This document shows, one piece after another, positions 1 through 9,500 of a stretch of DNA of 64,000 bases. Each line of letters opens with the position of its first letter. The first letter of the stretch is position 1. Location: assembly GCA_934621385.1 (NCBI GenBank), contig CAKTUI010000006.1, positions 3,221 through 67,220 of the forward strand. Reading direction: 5' to 3'. Below the pieces are notes generated by a model. It was not told where the DNA came from, ran no database searches, and saw nothing but the letters and a program-made list of their open reading frames with translations. The stretch is from an uncultured Kiritimatiellota bacterium. Lineage in GTDB: Bacteria > Verrucomicrobiota > Kiritimatiellia > RFP12 > UBA1067. Both the position numbers and the translations under genes were made by a program.

Positions 1-1410
1 GCGGGCGGCACGGGCAACCCCACGCGTCAGCACGGCGGCATCGGCAATCTTCCAGGTTTCCACGACATACTTCACCGTGTCGACATCCTTCGTCTTCACA
101 GCCAAATCCAGTGCATCCGGAACAGCCTTGAGGTCACATTGGGCGACCACGAGCAGACGCACCGCATTCAGGCAGTTCGCTTTCAGGGCCACCGCACACG
201 GACTCTCCTTTTCGCCATTCAAGGCATCAATCGGCGCACCCACCTCAAGGAGCATCCGCATGACTCCCGTGTCGCCCCGCGCCGCCGCGAGATGAAGGGC
301 CGTCCGACCCTGCGCATCTTGCGCATCCACGCGCACTCCACGGTCGAGGAGCATGCGCACCATCCGCTCGCGTCCGAAACGGACGGCATCCATCAGGGCC
401 GTCCGACCCTGTGCGTCCATTCCCTCGGGATTCGCATCGCCCGCCAGCAATTCGGCAAAGGCCGCGTCACTCCCCATACGAACCGCCCACAGAAGCGCGG
501 ACGCCTTGTCGCTGTCCAACCGCGAAACGGCGTTCGCATTCGCGCCGAGTGTCAGCATCCGACGCACGAGTTCATCCCGATCGAGGCAGGCCGCCGCGAC
601 CAGGAGGACCGACTTCTCCTCGTCGCCCAGCGCAACATCCCGCTTCATCATCCGAAGCACCCGTGCGGCATCCCCATAGATGCGGGCCACCTCAGGCGAA
701 GCCGTCTGAATCGCCTCCGTGAAGAGGGCAACCGCAGCATCCGGGTCAAACGGCCCAAGCGCCTCGAGCGCGGCCTGCTGCGCCAACATCCGACGGAACT
801 GTTTCACTATCTCTTCCCAAGCCACTTTCATCGCCAACTGCAGGCGACGCATTTCCTTGAGCTGTGCGCGTGAGACATCATACCACGCGTGAACACGCGC
901 ATTCAGTTCCTGAGTCGTCAGCGTACCCGCCGACTTGCGCACCGTGTCCAGACCCTTCACGAGCGATTCAATTGACGCACCCAGCGCGGCGCACTCCTCG
1001 TCCGCATCCGCTTCTGGCATATCCTGCGATTTCAGCCGCTCGGCCAAGACCGCGAGCAAGGCCTGCAGGCGCGTATAGTCCCGTGCCTTCTTGCCTCCCA
1101 CGTCATTCGGCTCAAACGGAAGGTAGTCGCTCATGCGGCCACCAAAATAATTCTGGTAGGCCGTCCGCCGATTCGCCGCAAGTGCCGCGCCCGCCGCCGT
1201 GGGCACGTCCAGACGCTGCGCCTCCTGCGCAATCGCCTCCAGCGACTGGTCAATCGTCGCGACATACGCGACAACCGCCGGCTCTTTCTCCTTCTTCAGG
1301 AAGGCCTCCGCACCGTCAAGGTCGCCCTTCTCGACCAGGGACTCGAACGCCGACTTGTTCCGCGCCAGAATGTCGGCGCACTCACGCGGATTGATCCACG
1401 AATTCAAAAT
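1..1410 (-). CDS. Ankyrin-repeat protein (partial; runs off the window start). The reading frame is open from 1410 down to position 1; the first ATG is at 1134
   Basis: My own minus-strand translation shows repeated ANK motifs (DAQGRTALMDAV..., DAQGRTALHLAAARGDTGVMRMLLEVGA). The ORF track lists no stop-terminated minus ORF here, which fits an open frame reaching the window edge. It lies in the same frame as the lipoprotein ORF upstream (1411..1842). Confidence 0.65.
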   Translation of the reverse strand, partial: MLNSWINPRECADILARNKSAFESLVEKGDLDGAEAFLKKEKEPAVVAYVATIDQSLEAIAQEAQRLDVPTAAGAALAANRRTAYQNYFGGRMSDYLPFEPNDVGGKKARDYTRLQALLAVLAERLKSQDMPEADADEECAALGASIESLVKGLDTVRKSAGTLTTQELNARVHAWYDVSRAQLKEMRRLQLAMKVAWEEIVKQFRRMLAQQAALEALGPFDPDAAVALFTEAIQTASPEVARIYGDAARVLRMMKRDVALGDEEKSVLLVAAACLDRDELVRRMLTLGANANAVSRLDSDKASALLWAVRMGSDAAFAELLAGDANPEGMDAQGRTALMDAVRFGRERMVRMLLDRGVRVDAQDAQGRTALHLAAARGDTGVMRMLLEVGAPIDALNGEKESPCAVALKANCLNAVRLLVVAQCDLKAVPDALDLAVKTKDVDTVKYVVETWKIADAAVLTRGVARAAR

Positions 1411-1842
1411 CTAAACCTTGACCACGGCAACCGCATTGTCGACCTCCGGGATACCGACAATCCCAAAGCCGTATACATAGGCACGGGCACCTGCCACATC
1501 CTTCTTGAGAAGTCGCGCACGCGTCTGCTCCATGAGTTCATTGATACGGGCCTCCGACCACGACACGCACCAAGCGGACCGTTGCTGCTCCAAGAAGGCC
1601 CTGTTCCGCAACAGCACGGTCAGATTCTTCAGGTAATCATAGCCGTCCGCATAGGCCTTGCCGTCCGCATAGGTCTTGCCGTCCGCATAGGTCTTGCCGT
1701 CCGCATAGGCCTTATAGCCGTTCAGTGTCAGAAGAATCGTCTCGCGCTCCATCTCGATGGACACCATCGTCTGACAACCCACCAACCAACACATACCAAG
1801 TGCCAAAGACAAGGCACCCACTCCTTGAATCGTTCTCTTCAT
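1411..1842 (-). CDS. Lipoprotein with YADGK(T/A) tandem repeats; ends at a TAG that is in frame with the ankyrin ORF downstream
   Basis: N-terminus MKRTIQGVGALSLALGMCWLVGC gives a signal peptide plus lipobox. The peptide carries four tandem copies of YADGK(T/A). A classical RBS (AAGGAGAAAGACA-ATG) sits upstream. Confidence 0.7.
   Translation of the reverse strand: MKRTIQGVGALSLALGMCWLVGCQTMVSIEMERETILLTLNGYKAYADGKTYADGKTYADGKAYADGYDYLKNLTVLLRNRAFLEQQRSAWCVSWSEARINELMEQTRARLLKKDVAGARAYVYGFGIVGIPEVDNAVAVVKV
1642..1716. repeat. 18-bp tandem repeat, about 4 copies (gccgtccgcataggYctt), encoding the YADGKx repeats
   Basis: Read directly in the sequence. Confidence 0.8.
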
Positions 1843-1878
1843 TGTCTTTCTCCTTTTAATTGTTTTGTTTTCTCTGCT

Positions 1879-2562
1879 TTATTTCTCCGTCAAAATCGTC
1901 CGCCAGCGACGCTCGTATTCATCGTCCGTGCAAAGTCCCGCCGTATGCAGGGTCTCAAGTTCTTCCAGTTTCTTCTGCTGCTCGGGCGTAAGGGATGGGG
2001 TCACGGGCGTCTGGCTCTGTGTCGCCGCAACCGAGGACGCACCTCTCTTTCCCCTCCTCGGCTTGACTTCTACCTTCTGAGTGCTCGGCTTCTGCTCACT
2101 GGGCTTTTGGGCGTTTGTCCTCTGAGATGTCGGATACATCCGGCTCTCCAGCAACGCCAAGTTATTCATTCGATTGACATCCGACACCGTCCCAATCATC
2201 CCCGATATGAGGGTGAACGGGTAGACAAACGGCAACCACGAGACGCCAATCATCAGCGTTCCCTTTGCCTGTAGTTTCAGTCGACTACCTGAAAACGACC
2301 CGTCGTAGAATCCCCCGTCCAGCATCTTGTGGGCGATGAAGTGCTGACCCGCACCCGGCAGAAAGCTCCAGAGTACCGCAGGACCCATCTTCACGATTGG
2401 CTGAAAGGTCTCCTTCTCGGCCTCACCCCGCCAGGTAATTCCTTCTCGATTGAGCGCATCTATCCTCGCATAATCCTCGTCCGAAACTCGGACGCTAGTG
2501 CACCCTGCCGAAAGCAGACATGCACAGACACCACCAAGGTAAACCATTTGCCGACACTTCAT
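1879..2562 (-). CDS. Lipoprotein with a C-terminal SHOCT-like domain
   Basis: LLSAGC lipobox. C-terminal LHTAGLCTDDEYERRWRTIL matches the SHOCT short C-terminal domain pattern. An RBS (AGGAAAGGAA) sits upstream. Confidence 0.6.
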   Translation of the reverse strand: MKCRQMVYLGGVCACLLSAGCTSVRVSDEDYARIDALNREGITWRGEAEKETFQPIVKMGPAVLWSFLPGAGQHFIAHKMLDGGFYDGSFSGSRLKLQAKGTLMIGVSWLPFVYPFTLISGMIGTVSDVNRMNNLALLESRMYPTSQRTNAQKPSEQKPSTQKVEVKPRRGKRGASSVAATQSQTPVTPSLTPEQQKKLEELETLHTAGLCTDDEYERRWRTILTEK

Positions 2563-2734
2563 CTCTTATTCCTTTCCTTAAATGTGGAGAAAGCACGGGA
2601 CATAACAAGCCCTACACCCTTGCTGTTAACAAGAGAATTCCCGTTGAAAAAAGAGGACAAAAGCGGGCGCATCCGCCGTCTCGCAGATGACGCGCCCCAT
2701 GCGGGGCCAGCCCAATTACCACCGCCCGTTACTG

Positions 2735-2747
2735 GGGGGGGGGGGGG
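2735..2747. repeat. Intergenic poly-G tract of 13 nt
   Basis: Read directly; about 175 bp upstream of the start of the minus-strand lipoprotein gene. Confidence 0.85.
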
Positions 2748-3071
2748 TAAACTGCAAATACCGTCCTGTCAATGCGCGATTCCGCGCACTTATACGCCTC
2801 ACTCGGCGAACGCTACTGACGGTCAACTCCATTCGCTTTTCCCGCTTTCGGGACATAGTATACCACACGCCCTGTCATTTGTGGGAAAGAATCTTCAAAA
2901 TTATTTAATGTCGATTGCAGAAGTAAGTGGGCAGGGGCGACGGGGAAAACCGCCCACTTAGTCCTGCAATCGACAAACTGAAAGTGTAAAATGCCGAAAG
3001 GAATGGGACGCGTTTCGGCAGTTATCGTGCGTTTCTGTGGTCGGCCGCAGGAAATCAATCCGTCAAAGGAG

Positions 3072-3659
3072 TTACCAAATCCGCAGGACAAGCGACCTGT
3101 CACGCACGGAATAGGTGACCCAATCGTCCGATGCGCCGACTCCACGACGCGTCACGCGCAGGAGATTCCACTCCCGCCCGAACAGGAAGGACAGATCGTC
3201 CAGCTCCCTGAATACGGGCTGGCCCTCGCATGTGAACACGGCTTCCCGAATGCCGTTGTCACCATCTGTCACAATGCGGACATCCAGACGACGAACCTGC
3301 GCCCCAACGGCGGGGACGCATTCCTCTATCCGACAACCGCCGCGCACATCCTCGACGAAGCACCGCCCCGAACGCCACCCAAGGACGGATGCCGTCTCCT
3401 CGAACGACAGGCTTCCGTCCCCATTCGCATCATCCCCAAAGGCGATCTGGAGCGCATTCGAGGGCGTGGACTCAAGCGACAATGAGAACTGGAGAATCCG
3501 TCCGCCGAACGCATCCCCCATACGAAGCGTGACATTGGTCGACACTTCCGTATCCAGGAACTCTGGCACGGGCAGTGCCGCGATTTCAACCGTTCGTGCC
3601 CCAACGGACAAAACCGCCGCACACACAAGGACAAGGCCCATCACAATTCTCTTCGTCAT
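3072..3659 (-). CDS. Secreted hypothetical protein. Its signal peptide is related to those of the paralog array upstream
   Basis: MTKRIVMGLVLVCAAVLSVGA signal peptide. A 15-nt gap separates it from the upstream paralog, and it carries the same junction/RBS sequence. Confidence 0.6.
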   Translation of the reverse strand: MTKRIVMGLVLVCAAVLSVGARTVEIAALPVPEFLDTEVSTNVTLRMGDAFGGRILQFSLSLESTPSNALQIAFGDDANGDGSLSFEETASVLGWRSGRCFVEDVRGGCRIEECVPAVGAQVRRLDVRIVTDGDNGIREAVFTCEGQPVFRELDDLSFLFGREWNLLRVTRRGVGASDDWVTYSVRDRSLVLRIW

Positions 3660-3674
3660 CGTAATCTTCCTTTC

Positions 3675-4631
3675 TCACCGTTTCGCCTCAAGGTTCGTGT
3701 CGTTCGGCGTGGGGTTGAAGATGTAGGACAGGTAAACCTTGGAAACTCCTTTCCATCCCGGCCCTACATCCAGCGTCCTCACGAGGCCATAGTTTGCCTC
3801 CTTCAGCGAACCGTCCGCGTCGACCTTGGGACGCAGACGGAGCACCAACGCCGACTTCGGGCTAAACGGGACTTCGCCACCTCCGTCTTCGTGATTCTCG
3901 TCCCGATCAACAATGTGAACCGAACGAACGGCATACGACTCATTCGTCGAAGCCTCGTAGGGATAGGGCTGAAGGCTCTCCATGACCTTCTCCACATTGT
4001 ATCCGCCCGAAGGGTCTCCGACCGTCCTGAAGAAACAGGCGCAATGTCTGCTCTGAGGCGGGGGAAGCCCATCCCAGTCGACCCAGAACTCAATGTCCGC
4101 ACGATCCTGCGCATTGGACGTGACGATTGTCGCCTTCTCCAAGTTAAACCCGAACCAGGCATTCGTCATAGGAACGGGAATGTAGATACCTTTTACAACC
4201 AAATCCGCCGGATGCCGAATGCGTCGCAGTTCCATGCGCTCCTCCGCCCCGTAGGGCTGCCACCTGCCGTCCCGCACCTCGCGCTCCGCGCCCATCGCGA
4301 TGAGGCAGTGCTCCCGCCGCGACCCGTAGTAGCCGTCCTTCGTGACATCAATGACAATTCGGTTTCCCGTCGTTCGTCCGCTGATTGTGAACAGTCCGTT
4401 CGTATCCGTCGTCCCCCGCACGGTGTAGATCTTGTGGAGCTGTTCAATCGTCGTCCGAACCGAGGCTCCCTCCACGGAAACACCACTGTCATCCACGACC
4501 TTCAGGACCGTGCGATAGTCAGCGCCCCTCTTAAGGGCGGCCCTGAACTCGGCATCCACCACACCCTTGCAGGGGGCAAACGAAAATGCCGCCCACACAA
4601 GGACAAGGACCATCACAATTCTCTTTGTCAT
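3675..4631 (-). CDS. Secreted paralog 1: conserved N-terminal prealbumin/CarboxypepD_reg-like module plus a variable C-terminal half
   Basis: 318 aa. Signal peptide. The first ~135 aa are nearly identical to paralogs 2 and 3. Conserved C-terminal tail NPTPNDTNLEAKR. Confidence 0.75.
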   Translation of the reverse strand: MTKRIVMVLVLVWAAFSFAPCKGVVDAEFRAALKRGADYRTVLKVVDDSGVSVEGASVRTTIEQLHKIYTVRGTTDTNGLFTISGRTTGNRIVIDVTKDGYYGSRREHCLIAMGAEREVRDGRWQPYGAEERMELRRIRHPADLVVKGIYIPVPMTNAWFGFNLEKATIVTSNAQDRADIEFWVDWDGLPPPQSRHCACFFRTVGDPSGGYNVEKVMESLQPYPYEASTNESYAVRSVHIVDRDENHEDGGGEVPFSPKSALVLRLRPKVDADGSLKEANYGLVRTLDVGPGWKGVSKVYLSYIFNPTPNDTNLEAKR

Positions 4632-4646
4632 CGTAATCTTCCTTTC

Positions 4647-5603
4647 TCACCGTTTCGCCTCAAGGTTCGTGTCGTTCGGCGTGGGGTTGGAAAAACCCCT
4701 CACAAGCAATCCCGCCAGGCCACCACGGTCGCAGGTGAACCGGATGTCCAGCACAACCGAGTAGTTAGCCGACACGAGTTTCCCCGACTCGTCCACCCTA
4801 CATCGACTGCGAACAACCCAGCACCGACTTGGATCAAAGTGAACCTGTTTCCTACTCCCATCCTCCTGAATGCATTCAGAAAACTCAGCATCATGGAAAG
4901 GGAAGGCATCAACCTTCACCGCATAAGGTCCAGTGAACTCACTCTCGTTCCGCGCCGCCTCCGTATAGTATCCCGACGGCGGAGGAAATCGGATTTTCAC
5001 CCCCATCCCCGAGTACTCGGGCAACCACTTGCCGTCCCAGTCAAAGAAAACCTCCATGTCGGAGACTTCGCCTCGTCCCGACGGCTTAACGAAATCGTTC
5101 ACCTGGAGATCGAAGCCAACCCACTCCCGCAGTTTCCTGGTATAGCGGAAATCAAGGGCATAGCCAGAAGCCGACCTGATGGGGTTCTCGATTCGCCTCA
5201 GGAGAAGTTCTTCCTCCGCCCCGTAGGGCTGCCACCTGCCGTCCCGCACCTCGTGCTCCGCGCCCATCGCGATGAGGCAGTGCTCCCGCCGCGACCCATA
5301 GTAGCCGTCCTTCGTGACATCAATGACAATTCGGTTTCCCGTCGTTCGTCCGCTGATTGTGAACAGTCCGTTCGTATCCGTCGTCCCCCGCACGGTGTAG
5401 ATCTTGTGGAGCTGTTCAATCGTCGTCCGAACCGAGGCTCCCTCCACGGAAACACCACTGTCATCCACGACCTTCAGGACCGTGCGATAGTCAGCGCCCC
5501 TCTTAAGGGCGGCCCTGAACTCGGCATCCACCACACCCTTGCAGGGGGCGAACGAAAATGCCGCACACACAAGGACAAGACCCATCACAATTCTCTTCGT
5601 CAT
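4647..5603 (-). CDS. Secreted paralog 2 of the same family
   Basis: 318 aa. N-terminal ~135 aa and C-terminal tail shared with the others. Middle region diverged (DFxVFxDWDGKWxP, CWVVRSRCRVDE). Confidence 0.75.
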   Translation of the reverse strand: MTKRIVMGLVLVCAAFSFAPCKGVVDAEFRAALKRGADYRTVLKVVDDSGVSVEGASVRTTIEQLHKIYTVRGTTDTNGLFTISGRTTGNRIVIDVTKDGYYGSRREHCLIAMGAEHEVRDGRWQPYGAEEELLLRRIENPIRSASGYALDFRYTRKLREWVGFDLQVNDFVKPSGRGEVSDMEVFFDWDGKWLPEYSGMGVKIRFPPPSGYYTEAARNESEFTGPYAVKVDAFPFHDAEFSECIQEDGSRKQVHFDPSRCWVVRSRCRVDESGKLVSANYSVVLDIRFTCDRGGLAGLLVRGFSNPTPNDTNLEAKR

Positions 5604-5618
5604 CGCAGATTTCCTTTC

Positions 5619-6578
5619 TCACCGCTTCGCCTCAAGGTTCGTGTCGTTCGGCGTGGGGTTGAATGCCCCCGTGACACAAAAGCCAATTCGCCCATCCATC
5701 TTGCAGCAGAATGCGATGTCGGACAAGACAGAATAATTCGCCGCCACCAGACGGCCCTTCTCGTCCACGCGGCATCGGCTCCTGACGACCCAGCACTTCC
5801 GCCGGTCGAACTCCACAACCACCCGCGATCCGTCGGGATTGACCCGCTCCGAGAATTCGCACGACTGACTGTATTCCACGTTCGTCTGCGCATGGTAGGG
5901 AAAGATGAACTCGCTCTCGCTTCGGGCATCATACTCGTAGAAGCCTGCAAAATGTTCGGGGAAGCGAATACACACCTTCATGCCCTTATACTCCCCTGGC
6001 ATCCAACGACCATCCCATTCGACGAAGACCTCGAAGTCGGCAATGTCTCCATGTCCGACCGGTCCGACAAAGTCATTTTTCAAGATGTCGTAGCCAATCC
6101 ACCTACCCCTCTCCATCGTATACCTGAACACCCAAAACCACTCGTGCGGCAACGACACTGGGTTCTCGATTCGTCTCAGGAGAAGTTCCTCCTCCGCCCC
6201 GTAGGGCTGCCACCTGCCGTCCCGCACCTCGCGCTCAGCACCCATCGCGATGAGGCAGTGCTCCCGCCGAGACCCATAGTAGCCGTCCTTCGCAACATCG
6301 ATGACGATTTCGTTCCCCGTCGTTCGCCCGCTGATTGTGAACAGTCCGTTTGTATCCGTCGTCCCTTCGATGAAGTAGGATGACTTGATGAAGTTCATAC
6401 CCATCAGGACCCTGACCTTTGCATCCGACACAGCATGTCCCCCATCATCCACGACACGGAGAACAGTGCGGTAGTCCGCCCCATTTCTCCGCGCCGAGCG
6501 ATATGAGGGATCCTTTTTTAGGGCACAGGCCACCAGCGACACGAGCACACAACCGACGGTGATGAACATTCTTCTCAT
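5619..6578 (-). CDS. Secreted or lipoprotein paralog 3 of the same family
   Basis: 319 aa. LVSLVAC lipobox. Shares the GTTDTNGLFTISGRTTGN core and the NPTPNDTNLEAKR tail. Overlaps the upstream giant gene by 4 nt. Confidence 0.75.
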   Translation of the reverse strand: MRRMFITVGCVLVSLVACALKKDPSYRSARRNGADYRTVLRVVDDGGHAVSDAKVRVLMGMNFIKSSYFIEGTTDTNGLFTISGRTTGNEIVIDVAKDGYYGSRREHCLIAMGAEREVRDGRWQPYGAEEELLLRRIENPVSLPHEWFWVFRYTMERGRWIGYDILKNDFVGPVGHGDIADFEVFVEWDGRWMPGEYKGMKVCIRFPEHFAGFYEYDARSESEFIFPYHAQTNVEYSQSCEFSERVNPDGSRVVVEFDRRKCWVVRSRCRVDEKGRLVAANYSVLSDIAFCCKMDGRIGFCVTGAFNPTPNDTNLEAKR

Positions 6579-9500
6579 CTCAAATTTCCTTTCTCTATTA
6601 TTTTCTCAAACAACTTGTAAGTATAGAAATAGGGGACATCCTTAACATCCGAGTGTAGCCACCGCCTCGAATAGGTGCCGCGTTCAGGCCACCCATTCGG
6701 ACGAGCAATACCATCTGGAGACTCACTATTCAGATTAATCATATCATCTTTCTTATTTCCGTCACCAAACTTCACCGTTCCTGCGGCAGGCGTGAGGGCG
6801 GGAATGCCCATGGCGAGATGCGCATCGCATCCCGCACGGTCAATCTTTGGGTCGAGGATACTCTTCGGAGTGCAGACGAACACCGTGTTCGTCCGAAAGT
6901 CCGCGTCACTCATCCGCTGGGCCTCCTTGGCCGAGATTCGATTGATTCCGAGGAAGTTCTCGTCAATGTTCCACCCCGACCATGTCGTCGCGCCCATCCC
7001 GTCGAAGATTCCCCGCCCCTTGAACATCTCCTGCTTGTGCCAAGCATACTGGGAGAGTCCGCTCCAGATTCCGGTCAGAATGTTGATGTCATTGTCATCG
7101 CTGAGTTCAAGCACCTCGTCGCCAGTGGAGTAGAAGTTGACCGCGAGGGGAGCAACGGCGGCGAAGCGCCCCGGCCAGCCGAGGAGTGAGCGCCCGTCCC
7201 CAGGAATCCCCATGAACAGCCGATGCCAGCTCGCCGCCCAGGAGTTCGTCGGGTAGCCGTCCCAGTCCGGATGGACGAGCTGCGGGACGCGGAGCGCGAC
7301 GGATGTGTCGTAGGCCTCGGCGGGGACGGCCGCGTCGAGCATCAGGTACGCACCGACCCCCAGCCCGTGGTCCTGCACCATCGACGAGGCGACGACATTG
7401 CCAAGCGAATGCGCCATGAGGACGACTCTCCCCGGAATCCGCTTCAGTTCGGCCGCGAGGTGACCTGCGGAGGCGAAGGCGTTGGCGACATTCTCCTGGT
7501 AGTTCGCGCTTCCGCCCTGGTCGCCGCGCCACGCCACGCAGTGGAACCGGGCGCGACTCCCGGCAAGGCGAAGCCGCTTGAAGAGCGCATCGCCCCACGC
7601 GCGTGCGTCATCCTCCGACACGCTGAACCCGTGCAGGAACACGAGCGTCGGCTCCCCGGGCTCGGGCAGAAGGTCTCCGAGAGAGCTCGGGCACGACTCC
7701 CGCCCGCCCAAGAGGCGGCGGACATTCGTCCAGTCGTAGAGCCTATGCGCACGCAAAACGACCATCGGCGGCGCGTACGAAAGGAGCACCGAGCCGTCCG
7801 CATCGAGCACACGAATCCTGAGCGATGCATCCTCTCCCCGCACCCGGAGGACAAGGAGCCGCGACTCCTCTGGAAGCGCGGAAAGCTCCGAACGGGGAAT
7901 GTCCGTCCCGCCCGCCGGCATCCCCCGCAACGCGGCATCCCGAAGGATTCCACCCCCGCTCGTGCGCACATCCTCCGTCCAGATTGAACCCGACCGCGAC
8001 CGAGGCACATCCACGAGCGTCCATTCGAACATGTCATCCCACGGCAGTCCGTTCGCATCGAGACGGCACGAGACAGACTCCCCCCAGGCGGAGAGGAGTG
8101 GTCCGAGGTCGAGCGCGGCAGGGAAGAGATCGATGAGTCCGGCGGGGCCGCCGACCGCACGACCGCCCCCCGTGTCCCCACGCGTCCAGAAGACGAACGC
8201 ACCTCCGACCGAGGAAGGCCCGAGGTCGCGGAGTCCGATTGCCCCGTCAAGGTCCGCATCGAACCGGAGGGGCGGATCAACCGCCGTGAGGGTGCGCGAC
8301 TCCCCGTCCTCCAGCACCTCGCCCCCCGTCTCCGTCCAGTAGCGCAGCGCGAGATGCGCCCGACCAGAAGCCGACGCGGTCACCCGCACGGGTAGCCCAC
8401 TGCCGGACGGGCGGCCCGCACGGGCGAGCAGCGACCGCCACTCCTCGACGGCGAACTCGGCCGCCGGGCGTTCCGCCGCATCCAGCAGGACGCGCCAGAC
8501 CCCAAGCACCGCATCGCGCCACCACACGCGGAAGCCGCCCCCCTCCGCACCATCGAGGGCCACGCGCACCCATCCGCTCGGAAGCCCGACGCACGTTTCA
8601 AGCAGGAGCTCGGGGGCTTCCGCAACATTCGCCCCGGCCACGACAGGCACACCGAAGGAAGACGAGAGGCTGTCGTACGAATCGAGGGGTGTGCCGCGCC
8701 CGCCCGCAATCCATGCTCCGAGCGTTGTCCACGCGTGGGCTGCGGAAACCCGCCCCGTCGTGGCGAAGGCGAGCACGGCATCCCCATGCTCCGCGCTCGG
8801 GAGAACAGCGCACACGCGGACTGCGCACGAGGTCGCGCTCCCCGCGAACGGTCTCCCGTCGGGGTACTCGACCCGAAGCCGCCGCGACACGAACGCCGCC
8901 GTCACGAGGTTTGTCGCATGATCCGGGCACGGGCAGCAGGCCGCGTCCGCCCCACGAGGTGGCGCGTCGACTTTCAGCGTCCTGTAGACGGACCGCGCAC
9001 GAATCGGCAGAATCCCCATATCGCGAGGGAGCGCGGCGAGCGCGTTCGTGTAAGCCGCCTGATGGAGAGGTTCGCATGTCGCACGGAGGGCATCGTGCTC
9101 GACGCACCGCTCGACGATGTCGTCCCGCACAGCCTCTGGTGCTGGCGCTGGCGGACGCTCGGTCTCCTCGTCCTCGCCGCGCCAGACGGACGGGGAGGAC
9201 GCCTCGTCACCGTCCCCCGATGGGCGCGGGCAGAGGCGCACGGACTGGTCTCGCCATCCCCCGCCGGCAAGGCGCAAGGGGTGCGAGAGGCGGTAGCGCA
9301 CGTGCCCCTCGCCGTCCGCCGGGAAGCCCGTCACGACCGCCGCACGCGGCGGAATGTTCGAAACCGAGACGCCCGGTCCCTCCGCCATCCACTCGCACCC
9401 GAGGTCCGCGTCCTCCCCGGCGGCAGGCAGTGCCACGCGGACACGCCGCGTGGCAAGATCGTGGATGCACGGCGCGGGCGGAACGACACCCGGAAAGCGA

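Noticed and set aside
139-1394. Plus-strand ORFs 139..873, 864..1394 and 1199..1414
   Set aside because: Their peptides are Arg/His/Pro-rich nonsense. The opposite strand encodes a well-formed ankyrin-repeat protein.
2813-3145. 110-aa minus-strand ORF in the intergenic region with the poly-G tract
   Set aside because: No signal, Cys/Gly-rich with odd composition. It overlaps the 3' end of the neighbouring gene, so the region is more likely regulatory.
3891-6383. 830-aa plus-strand ORF with a thrice-repeated ~115-aa block
   Set aside because: It is the antisense strand of the three tandem paralog genes. The internal repetition simply mirrors their near-identical 5' regions, and a long open antisense frame is expected at this GC content.
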